Assembly (NCBI GenBank): GCA_003140175.1
Contig: PLJD01000054.1
Span: 1,294 to 65,293, forward strand
Source: Actinomycetota bacterium
GTDB taxonomy: Bacteria; Actinomycetota; Acidimicrobiia; IMCC26256; PALSA-555
Length of the DNA stretch: 64,000 nucleotides
Direction: 5' to 3'
Of this stretch, positions 8,801-16,120 are shown in pieces (the stretch's first letter is position 1; the number at the start of each line of letters is the position of its first letter). Both the position numbers and the translations under genes were made by a program. The notes beneath the pieces were generated by a model, which was given only the letters and a program-made list of their open reading frames with translations, ran no database searches and had not been told where the DNA came from.

Positions 8801-9790
8801 ATGGACGTGCCCGACGCCTTCGACGTCCTCGACGAGAACCTCAAGCTCGACCCCGACGAGAGGGTCGCGGCACAGGACCGGCATGCCGAGATCACCGAGA
8901 CCCTCGTCTCTGCCGGCATCGCCAGCGGGTCCTTCCTGCAAGGGTCCTTCGCCCGCAAGACCATGTTGCCGCCCCTGCACGACATCGACAAGATCATCAT
9001 CCTGACCGAGGCCTACCGCGGTCAGCACCCCGACCGCGTCATGGGCGCGATCCAGGACGCGGTCGCCGCCGTGTGCTCGCCGGTGACCTTCGACCGCAGC
9101 AAGCACGCTGTGAAGATCGATATCGCTGACGACCCGTTCCTTTTCGACTGCGTTCCCGCGTTCGAGTCTGACGGCGAGGATGACGACGTACTGATCGCGA
9201 ACCGTGAGGCCCCGGCGGCGGTCGATCAGTGGACCCGCTCGAACCCCCGCGAGCTCGCCCGTCGGATCACGGAGCGTAACCAAGCAACGAACGGACGCTT
9301 CATCCACCAGGTGCGCATGGCCAAGCAGGCCGTCCGAGAGTTGCTCGGCGACAGTCTCCCAAGCCTCCACGTCGAATCGATCGCCTACATCGCGATCGAG
9401 ACCGTGCTCGAGCACCCCGACGCGATCGCGAAGTTCTTCGAAGTCGGCGCGGAACTCCTCGGCGGCGAGTACTTCGAACCCACCGGCGTCGACCAGATCT
9501 CGGATCGCCTCGACACCGCGATCGCGGACGAGGCAAAGCTCGCGTTCACCAACGCTGCTAAGCGCGCACACGAGGCGATCGATCTCGCGGCGGCCGGTGA
9601 TCACAACGAGGCCATCCGTGTGTGGGCGACGATGTTCGGGGACGTATTTCCACCGGCCCCCCCGCAGAGCGCGAACTCGGCGGTCGAGAAGTTGACACGC
9701 GGCGGCAGCGTCACCTCCGCGGCCGCCGTGAGCGCGACCCGCGCCGGGCGAACCCCGGCCCCGACGACACGGTCGTGGCGCTTGGCATGA
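8801..9790 (+). CDS. CD-NTase / SMODS-like nucleotidyltransferase (candidate cyclic-oligonucleotide synthase)
   Basis: ATG at 8801 lies 8 nt after AGAAGGAG. Pol-beta NTase signature: G48-S49 (LQGSFARKT), D61-x-D63 (HDIDKIIIL, nt 8981-8989) and a third Asp at D116 (FDCVPAF). A downstream W..SNP...NGRF...VRMAKQ helical region resembles CD-NTases. Confidence 0.6.
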   Translation: MDVPDAFDVLDENLKLDPDERVAAQDRHAEITETLVSAGIASGSFLQGSFARKTMLPPLHDIDKIIILTEAYRGQHPDRVMGAIQDAVAAVCSPVTFDRSKHAVKIDIADDPFLFDCVPAFESDGEDDDVLIANREAPAAVDQWTRSNPRELARRITERNQATNGRFIHQVRMAKQAVRELLGDSLPSLHVESIAYIAIETVLEHPDAIAKFFEVGAELLGGEYFEPTGVDQISDRLDTAIADEAKLAFTNAAKRAHEAIDLAAAGDHNEAIRVWATMFGDVFPPAPPQSANSAVEKLTRGGSVTSAAAVSATRAGRTPAPTTRSWRLA

Positions 9791-10314
9791 ACTCAGCCGC
9801 CCCCACCGAGAAGACCTGGACGTCGCCGCGTGCCGTCATTGACGGTCCGGAGGAGGTCGTTGCGTTCCTGATGAGGACCGACCTCGTGTTCGGAGTTGAC
9901 CGAATCGATGTCCCGCTCGCGGAGCCTTCATGCGTCGTTTTCTGGCTGACCATGACGCCGCTTCCGGCGGCCGCCGCCGAGGGCTACGCCGAGGAGCGAG
10001 TGAGCATTGCGATCTGGTCGCACGGCCGCATCATCGCGGTGCCGCTGGACTCGACGGGCCGCACCTGGCACCACCGGTACGGGGGACTGTTCAAAGAGCT
10101 CTGCCTCTTCGACCCCGCCGACCCTCGGCCGCTGCGCTGGAACTGGAACGATGGGCTCGCCGCCTACGTGATGATCGTCTACAAGCACCTCTTGTCCGAG
10201 GAGTACGCACGTCGCAACGGCGGACGCTGGCCGTGCGAGGACTCCCCCCACGGTTTTGGCCCGCACCCCATCCGCTCACCCGCGATGCAGACCGCAGTGC
10301 AGAGGGTCGCATGA
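9787..10314 (+). CDS. Small E2 (ubiquitin-conjugating)-like protein, candidate Cap2-short analogue
   Basis: The ATG overlaps the upstream TGA (ATGA at 9787-9790). RTWHHRYGGLFKELCLFDP..RWNWNDGLAAYVMIVYKHLL mimics the E2 HPN..G.iCl..W....i....i..ll layout, with the candidate catalytic residue C106 (nt 10102-10104). Pattern-based only. Confidence 0.4.
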   Translation: MNSAAPTEKTWTSPRAVIDGPEEVVAFLMRTDLVFGVDRIDVPLAEPSCVVFWLTMTPLPAAAAEGYAEERVSIAIWSHGRIIAVPLDSTGRTWHHRYGGLFKELCLFDPADPRPLRWNWNDGLAAYVMIVYKHLLSEEYARRNGGRWPCEDSPHGFGPHPIRSPAMQTAVQRVA

Positions 10315-10907
10315 CGGTGCTCGCCGCGTCCGATCCGAGCCTTTGGCCTGCAGTCATAGGGCTAATCGGAGTCGCCGTAGGCGGCGTGCTCACCTGGGTG
10401 CTCGGCCGACGTGGCGAGGCCGTCGATCGCCGCCGCGATGGTTACGCCGCCGCGATGACCACCTTGGTCGCGTACACGGAATACCCGTTCCGTATTCGGC
10501 GGCGCACCGGCGACGATCTCGATGCGCTCGCGGCCCTCGCCAGCACTGGACACGACCTCCAGCAGGAGCTCAGATGCCACGAAGCATGGATCGCCGCCGA
10601 GAGCAGCCGGGTCGCGGCAGTCTACGGCGAAGCGCGCCGCGGTCTGGCCACGACGCTCGGTGTCGCATGCAACCAGGCCTGGGCGAGCGAGCCGATCATG
10701 ACCGCGGCGGGCATGAACCTCGCTGGTTGGGGGCCCGACCCCGAGAGTGTCCGGGGGCACCTGGCGCGATTTGAGAGCGCTCTCGCATGTCGCTTCGGAT
10801 GGCGGCGAGCATTCAGCACCATTGGGATCTTGATCAAAGTGCCGCGCATACCCGCAATCGCGGAGATGTACACCCCGGAAGTACCCGGGCAGGCAACGGA
10901 GGAATGA
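10311..10907 (+). CDS. Single-pass membrane protein of unrecognised family (candidate effector)
   Basis: ATGA overlap at 10311-10314. The N-terminal hydrophobic helix LWPAVIGLIGVAVGGVLTWVLG is followed by about 160 aa of predicted helical soluble region with no motif I recognise. Confidence 0.5.
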   Translation: MTVLAASDPSLWPAVIGLIGVAVGGVLTWVLGRRGEAVDRRRDGYAAAMTTLVAYTEYPFRIRRRTGDDLDALAALASTGHDLQQELRCHEAWIAAESSRVAAVYGEARRGLATTLGVACNQAWASEPIMTAAGMNLAGWGPDPESVRGHLARFESALACRFGWRRAFSTIGILIKVPRIPAIAEMYTPEVPGQATEE

Positions 10908-10910
10908 GGC

Positions 10911-11111
10911 ATGGCGCAACGAGTCGTGATCGAGCGCAAGGATGGAACATGGGGTTGGCACCTCACAGCCGACAACGGGCAGATCATCGCGACGGACGGC
11001 AACCAGGGTTACGTGAACGAGGACGACGCCCGCAAGATGGCCGATCGCATCATCGGTGGGGAGTTTTCGGACGCCGACAAGCGGATCAGCCGCCAGCCGA
11101 AGAAGAGTTGA
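10911..11111 (+). CDS. DUF1508 (YegP-like) domain protein
   Basis: 66 aa. WGWHLTADNGQIIATDGNQGYVNEDDARKMADRI matches the DUF1508 repeat pattern. The gene starts 3 nt after the previous stop. Confidence 0.7.
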   Translation: MAQRVVIERKDGTWGWHLTADNGQIIATDGNQGYVNEDDARKMADRIIGGEFSDADKRISRQPKKS

Positions 11112-11353
11112 GCTCCCCTGCACTTCCCTTCCGTGACCGGCCCGTGATTCGGTCGTTGCAGAAGCGGCAGACGGAGGCAGCCTGATGGTGCCCACCCGGC
11201 GAGGGGCATCCTCGGAGATCCCCACAGGCAGTCGCGATACTCGAGCCTGCGAATTCGCTCAAGCACGTAGGTCAACGGGTCAGGAGGGTGACGGTCGCAG
11301 TCCAGCCGGGACCGCGGCCGAGCCGCGGGACAGCTCAACGCCGCGGACTCGGG

Positions 11354-12184
11354 TCAGCCATCGGATGGGCGGTTCGCCAGGACGATCTCGGTGTCACCGG
11401 GCCAGTCCCAAAACCGGCCGCTCGGAGATCTGGTGAGCAGGAGGTCTCGGACGTCGGCTTCGAAGTCCTCACGCCGGTCTGCGAAGAGGTGCGGCGCCGC
11501 GAACGACATCGAGAAGAAGTTGGCCAGCACGCCGTCGACGTCTTGGACGATGTCAGCTCGACCGGGGGCAAAGACCACCCGGTACCGATCGAAGCCGGCC
11601 CGAGTCAGGGTCTGGGCGTAGGGCTCGCCGGGTGGGGGCCGCAGGCCCCGCCCGGCGCGGCGTTGCGGCCCCAGATACTGGTCGATGAGGGCTTTGATCT
11701 CGTCGTGTGGGATTGGCGGATACCCAGGCCCCGGCGGCTGCGGTCGGCCCTCGAACGCGTGGTTGATGAGCGCGACCGCCCCGCCGGGCGCCAGCAGGCT
11801 GTGCACGGTCGCGAGGACCTGGTCGCGGTCGGTCCACCACAGTGACTGCCCGAACGTCGCGAGCCGAAAGTCTCCGAGGCTCAGGCTCGGGATGTCTTCG
11901 GCAGTGGCTCGAACCCAGTTGATGTTCGTGATGCCAGCCTGGTCGGCTCGGCGGACACCCTCGGCGAGCATGTCGGCGTCGGGGTCGAGCCCCACCGCCT
12001 CCTCGAAACTGGCTGCCAGCTCCACGGTGAGGATGCCCGGGCCGCATCCGACATCGAGGAGTCGACCCGAGCCGTCGAGGCCGACCTCTCGGGTCAGCGT
12101 GGACACGAGCTCGCGGGAGTACGCCGGCCGGCCGGCGGCGTAGTACGCGGCGCTGCCCTCATAGATCGTCGGGTCGTACGGCAT
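11354..12184 (-). CDS. Class I SAM-dependent methyltransferase
   Basis: ATG at 12184 (MPYDPTIYEGSAAYYAAGRPAY). The SAM-binding motif is LLDVGCGPGILT. Confidence 0.8.
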   Translation of the reverse strand: MPYDPTIYEGSAAYYAAGRPAYSRELVSTLTREVGLDGSGRLLDVGCGPGILTVELAASFEEAVGLDPDADMLAEGVRRADQAGITNINWVRATAEDIPSLSLGDFRLATFGQSLWWTDRDQVLATVHSLLAPGGAVALINHAFEGRPQPPGPGYPPIPHDEIKALIDQYLGPQRRAGRGLRPPPGEPYAQTLTRAGFDRYRVVFAPGRADIVQDVDGVLANFFSMSFAAPHLFADRREDFEADVRDLLLTRSPSGRFWDWPGDTEIVLANRPSDG

Positions 12185-12346
12185 TGCCAACCGATCCTGC
12201 CCGCGATTCCCACAACTTGCCGGTGCGGTGGGATCCTTCCATTTCGACGAAGCCGACGATATGTTCGCCACGACAACCAAATGCCCCCGGCGCCGGCGGT
12301 AACCGACCCGGGGGCGTGGCCAGCACCTACTTAGGAGGTACTAGCA

Positions 12347-12589
12347 ATGACGGACCCTACGCGTCCAACCCCCGACACGCCCTCGGACCCCAGCGTCCCC
12401 GATGCCCGGGAGATCCCCCTGGCCCGGGACCTCACCGACTGCGTGCTTAGCTTCGTCCACGACCGGGTCACCCCGGTCGCGGAGTGGGTCGCCTGGACCG
12501 GCGGCGACCCCGGCCTGGTCCTGATCCTCGTCGCGGAGACGCTGCGCTCGATCGCCGACGGCCTCGAGCCCGACAACGTCGCCGCCTAA
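12347..12589 (+). CDS. Hypothetical protein
   Basis: ATG preceded by AGGAGG (..cttaggaggtactagcaATG); 80 aa with no recognisable family. Confidence 0.4.
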   Translation: MTDPTRPTPDTPSDPSVPDAREIPLARDLTDCVLSFVHDRVTPVAEWVAWTGGDPGLVLILVAETLRSIADGLEPDNVAA

Positions 12590-12750
12590 GCGCTCGCGTT
12601 GCCCGTCACAGGAGCTCCAGGAGGTGTCGGGCGGCGCCTCACGACGGGCAGCGGCTCGCCCTTCATTTGCCCATCAAACCTGGCGATACTCAACCGCACG
12701 GGATAACCAGACGACACGAAGACCGAAAGTGAGCAGCCTCAACGCAACTC

Positions 12751-12781
12751 GTTGACTCCATCGCGACGTGATGGAGTCAAC
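12751..12781. terminator. Perfect 12-bp inverted repeat (GTTGACTCCATC-n7-GATGGAGTCAAC) between convergent genes
   Basis: Read directly. It lies about 80 nt beyond the stop of the minus-strand phosphotransferase gene and about 160 nt beyond the plus-strand ORF. No T-tract is present. Confidence 0.3.
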
Positions 12782-12860
12782 TAAAGCCTGGGAAAGCGAA
12801 CCACGGGGAGGCACGCCGGGAACCGAATGCAACAAACGTCAGGCTGGCGCCTCGCACAGG

Positions 12861-13916
12861 TCAGAGCAGCTCGATCGAGGCGAGGTCGCGGATCGCCGCG
12901 CACGAGCGAGTTGCCATGGCCATGAACATGCCGTCGGAGCGCTCGGTTGGGTCGGCGGTAACGTAGATACAGCCGAGCACGGTGATCAGCGGACCCTGCA
13001 GTTGCCCGAGCCGGTAGTCGTCCCAGCAGGTGTCGGCGTCGTAGCCGGAGACGCTGCGCGCGAGGAGCTGCTGGTGGTAGTGGGCGACGAGTTCTTCCTG
13101 GTGCGCGCGCCGGGCGCCGGTTGGCAGGCTCGTGCCCAGGAAGTACGCGAGGTCGCGGGCGGGCGGGGCGAGCGTCACGGTCTGCCAGTCGAGCGCGGTC
13201 ACGTCGTTACCGTCGTGCGGGAACATCAGGTTGTCGAGCCGGTAGTCGCCGTGGACGATGGCGTACGGCTCCGGCCGGGCGAGATGCCACGTTGTGATGG
13301 CATGCGCAACCGTGCGCAGCGTGGTCTTGTCGTCGTGGTCGAGCCGATCGTCGTAGCGCTTGATGAAGGAGTCCGTCGCATCGACGAGAACATCGCCGAG
13401 GAGGGCCGCCATCTCAGGGCTCGCGGGGGCGAGGAAGGCGTGGTCTCGGAGCGCCGGGTCGTTCCAGCGCGAGGCGTGGAGGCCGGCGAGGTTACGAACA
13501 GCGCCTCGTGCCTGGGCGGCGGAGCATCCCTCGGCCTGGACGCCCGGGGAGGCAGCGGTGACCTCGTCGAGGAGGAGCGTGAAGTTCGTGTTGTCATCGG
13601 TGATGGCGCTGTACCAGCAGCGTGGCGTGCGCACGTCGACCGTGGGAGCGAGGTGCGTGTAGAACCCGACCTCTTTGGCGTATCCGCCCGCGACACGCGA
13701 GCGGGCGTCGTCGTCGCCGGCGGCGAGCTTGGCCACCAGCGTGGCGGGGCCCGGCCGACCGTCGTAGGAGAGCGTGAGCCGGTGGCTCGTGCCGATCTGG
13801 CCCGTGCCGATCTGCTGAGTCGTCACCGACGACACCCTGGCGCCGCCGTTGGCCCCCAGCGCCTCGGTGAGCCAGTCGGGCGTCAGTTCGTCGAGGCTGC
13901 TCACGACAGGGTTCAC
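12861..13916 (-). CDS. Phosphotransferase (APH / choline-kinase-like) family protein
   Basis: GTG at 13916 overlaps the upstream stop (GTGA). It has the Brenner-type catalytic loop IVHGDYRLDNLMF and a downstream ALDWQ. Confidence 0.8.
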   Translation of the reverse strand: MNPVVSSLDELTPDWLTEALGANGGARVSSVTTQQIGTGQIGTSHRLTLSYDGRPGPATLVAKLAAGDDDARSRVAGGYAKEVGFYTHLAPTVDVRTPRCWYSAITDDNTNFTLLLDEVTAASPGVQAEGCSAAQARGAVRNLAGLHASRWNDPALRDHAFLAPASPEMAALLGDVLVDATDSFIKRYDDRLDHDDKTTLRTVAHAITTWHLARPEPYAIVHGDYRLDNLMFPHDGNDVTALDWQTVTLAPPARDLAYFLGTSLPTGARRAHQEELVAHYHQQLLARSVSGYDADTCWDDYRLGQLQGPLITVLGCIYVTADPTERSDGMFMAMATRSCAAIRDLASIELL

Positions 13917-14995
13917 AGCAGTGGCCGGCCCGGGTTGGCCGGCGCCGTCGTGAACCGGTCGGGTCGCGCCGCCCGGTAGGCGGGCAGGATCGGTCCGAGC
14001 TCGGCGGGCGTGGCTCCGTGGAGAATGACGCCGTTGGCGCCGAGCTCGAACTGGTGCAAGATTGTCGTCGTGCAGTTCTCGGGCGTGCCGGTCGCGGCGA
14101 CCGACGTCCACTCCTCAGGGAGGAGCGTGGCGACGTGCTCGAGCTGGGCGGTCGTCGCGTTGGAGTCGAGGCCGCCGCGGAAGTTCTGGACGAGGTCATC
14201 CTCGCAGAAACGGGCGAGCACCGCCGGGTCCCAGTCGTTGACCGTCACGAGCAGGTCGCCGTAGCCCTGGAGGTAGGTGGCCAGTCGGCCGACCGTCTTC
14301 TTGAGGCGGAGCTCCTCGCCGAGGTGGTCTCCGATCGTGGCGAGAACCGACCAGATGCGGACGGAGTCGGGGTCGCGACCCGCCAGCTCCGCGCCGCGCC
14401 GCACGGCGGCCACCGACCTCGCCACGGCCTCGTCGGTGAAGAACGTGTGCAGCACTACGCCGTCCATGACGCGCCCAGCGAGCTCGAGCGTCTTCTCACC
14501 GAGGGCGACCAACATGAGTGGGATGTCCTCGTCGAACGCCGCGTCCTGGTGGAGGTACGTGTACTTCCCGGCAGGGCCGTCGTGGCCGAGGATCATCTCG
14601 CCGTGCCATAAGCGGCGAAGGATGCCGGCGATGTCTTCGAGCTCGGCGCCAGTGATCGGTTTCAGGCCGATGGCGTTGAACAGGGCGTCGAAACCACGTC
14701 CCAGGCCGAGAGCGAAGCGGCCGCCGGTGAGCCGGTGCATGGTCGTCGCGAACGTCGCCGTGACGAGCGGGTGGCGCGTGTTGTGGTTGGTCGCCGCGGT
14801 TGCGATGCCGATCGTCTCGCTGACGGCGCCGGCCGCGCCAGACAGCGTCGCCGCGTCCTTGACGTTGAACCGCTCGGAGATGAACGCCGAACCGAGACCT
14901 AGCCGCTCCGCATCACGCACCTCCGCGACGAGGTCACGGGGCGAGTCGGAGTGCCCGGCGAGCGTGTAGAAGCCAAGCTCATTCAGTCGATCCAT
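13913..14995 (-). CDS. LLM-class (luciferase-like) F420-dependent oxidoreductase
   Basis: ATG at 14995 (MDRLNELGFYTLAGHS..). SERFNVKDAATLSGAAG..GRFALGLGRG is typical of the LLM/F420 family. Confidence 0.85.
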   Translation of the reverse strand: MDRLNELGFYTLAGHSDSPRDLVAEVRDAERLGLGSAFISERFNVKDAATLSGAAGAVSETIGIATAATNHNTRHPLVTATFATTMHRLTGGRFALGLGRGFDALFNAIGLKPITGAELEDIAGILRRLWHGEMILGHDGPAGKYTYLHQDAAFDEDIPLMLVALGEKTLELAGRVMDGVVLHTFFTDEAVARSVAAVRRGAELAGRDPDSVRIWSVLATIGDHLGEELRLKKTVGRLATYLQGYGDLLVTVNDWDPAVLARFCEDDLVQNFRGGLDSNATTAQLEHVATLLPEEWTSVAATGTPENCTTTILHQFELGANGVILHGATPAELGPILPAYRAARPDRFTTAPANPGRPLL

Positions 14996-15092
14996 GCGTC
15001 GATCGTACGCGGCGCCCGCACAACCGGTAGGTGCACCCATTTCACGCCGAAGGCGCCGCGGCAGATCGACCGCGGCGCCCCCTGCGATCGAC

Positions 15093-15180
15093 TCAGGAGG
15101 TGCTGTTGAGCTTGTAGGTCTCGACGTTCTTCGGGTTGCAGTCGAACGTGCCGGCCTTCGTGGGGAAGACCGACGCCCTT
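15093..15180 (-). pseudogene. C-terminal remnant of a Liv-type ABC substrate-binding protein
   Basis: Only ..VFPTKAGTFDCNPKNVETYKLNSTS* looks coding. It resembles the C-terminal pattern of the intact SBP at 54509-55798 (..YTCYQDFNYKTGKFLKF*). Upstream it runs into the repeat/IS stub. Confidence 0.3.
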
Positions 15181-15224
15181 CTCCAACGCTCCGCCCGTGG
15201 GGCCAGGGTCCGAGGCGGCCGCAT

Positions 15225-15281
15225 CCTCCTTATGGGGCCACTCAGGTCCATGCCAAGTCCGTGGAAGGACGAAAGACGTTG
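15225..15281 (+). repeat. Host repeat R, left arm, copy A (ends at the IS insertion point)
   Basis: CCTCCTTATGGGGCCACTCAGGTCCATGCCAAGTCCGTGGAAGGACGAAAGACGTTG aligns with 59167-59234 and with 62201-62239. It contains two 11-mer units (CAGGTCCATGC, CAAGTCCGTGG). Confidence 0.7.
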
Positions 15282-15542
15282 GGTGGGCTCAAGGGGTCCG
15301 CGCAATTCCTGGGCGAGTTGACGATGCTCGTTGACTCGACCGGGGAGGGTGGGGATGGCGCAGCTCAGTGTGGAGCAGCGGGAGTTGGCTCGAAGGCTGA
15401 GGGCACGGGGATGGCGGCTGCGGGAGATCGGCGCCCAGGTCGGCTGTTCGTTTGACACGGTTCGGCTGGTGGTGGGGGGTGCTCGGGTTCGGCCTGGGCG
15501 TCCTGATGTGTGGTGGCCGGCGCCGGGTCGTTTGAGGTTGGC
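15282..15542 (+). mobile_element. IS30-family element, 5' stub (IRL plus about the first 78 transposase codons)
   Basis: It starts with the same IRL, GGTGGGCTCAAGGGGTCCGCGCAA, and is near-identical to 59235 to about 59495. Similarity stops abruptly at about 15542. Confidence 0.8.
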
Positions 15543-16115
15543 GGAAGGTATGCGCGTGGTGTTGATCGGAAAGACGCCGAGCTGTTGAGATTCTGCTACC
15601 ACCCAGACGCGATCGACGCGCACTGGTCCTTCATCGGCAACGGGCAGGAGTTCGCCGATGAGATCCTGAAGCCCCATCAGATGAGGGCGATCCCCGTTTT
15701 CAAGCACTTCATCACGAACATTCTGATCGAGCTCGACGGCGATCGAGCGTTCTGCGAGAGCTCCTACCTCTTCACCCAGTCGTTGCAACTCGACGATCGA
15801 CGGACCGCCGCCATGACCGCCGAGGGCCGATACCTCGACGTCTTCGAACGCCGCGACGGTGAATGGCGCATCTTCCATCGGCTCCTCGTGAACGAGGCCG
15901 GCGCGTGGTCGCTCCCGATTCCGATGCCGTACGCCGCAGGCGGTGCACCGGTCGCTGACGAACGTCAACGTGTCGGAGCGTTCCCCGATGACCCCGTGTA
16001 TCGAGGTTTCGCGGTGTCGGACATCCTCCCAGAGGAGTTCCGCACGACCGAGGACACCTGGGCGGGAGCTCGAGAGCATTTGCGACAACTCGTCTCTCAC
16101 GACGAAGACCAATAG
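15510..16115 (+). CDS. NTF2/SnoaL_4-like protein whose native 5' end has been replaced by IS sequence
   Basis: Family-like sequence starts at RYARGVDRKDAELLRFCYHPDAIDAH, immediately after the IS junction. The usual roughly 15-20 aa N-terminal helix is missing. The listed start lies inside the IS stub. Confidence 0.55.
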   Translation: MVAGAGSFEVGGRYARGVDRKDAELLRFCYHPDAIDAHWSFIGNGQEFADEILKPHQMRAIPVFKHFITNILIELDGDRAFCESSYLFTQSLQLDDRRTAAMTAEGRYLDVFERRDGEWRIFHRLLVNEAGAWSLPIPMPYAAGGAPVADERQRVGAFPDDPVYRGFAVSDILPEEFRTTEDTWAGAREHLRQLVSHDEDQ

Positions 16116-16120
16116 AGCGT

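Noticed and set aside
8435-9604. 389-aa minus-strand ORF antisense to the ImmA and CD-NTase genes
   Set aside because: It has Arg/Gly/Val-rich composition with no motif. It lies entirely opposite plus-strand genes that carry clear catalytic motifs and RBS/overlap signals. This is a typical high-GC antisense artefact.
12001-12030. TCGAAACTGGCTGCCAGC as a possible attR match to the tRNA 3' end (TCGAAACCTGCAGCGCCC)
   Set aside because: The resemblance is short and gapped, and it lies inside the coding sequence of the methyltransferase. It is not a convincing direct repeat.
12768-13979. 403-aa plus-strand ORF antisense to the phosphotransferase gene
   Set aside because: It is Arg/Gly/Val-rich, whereas the minus-strand frame carries the HGDxxxxN kinase loop.
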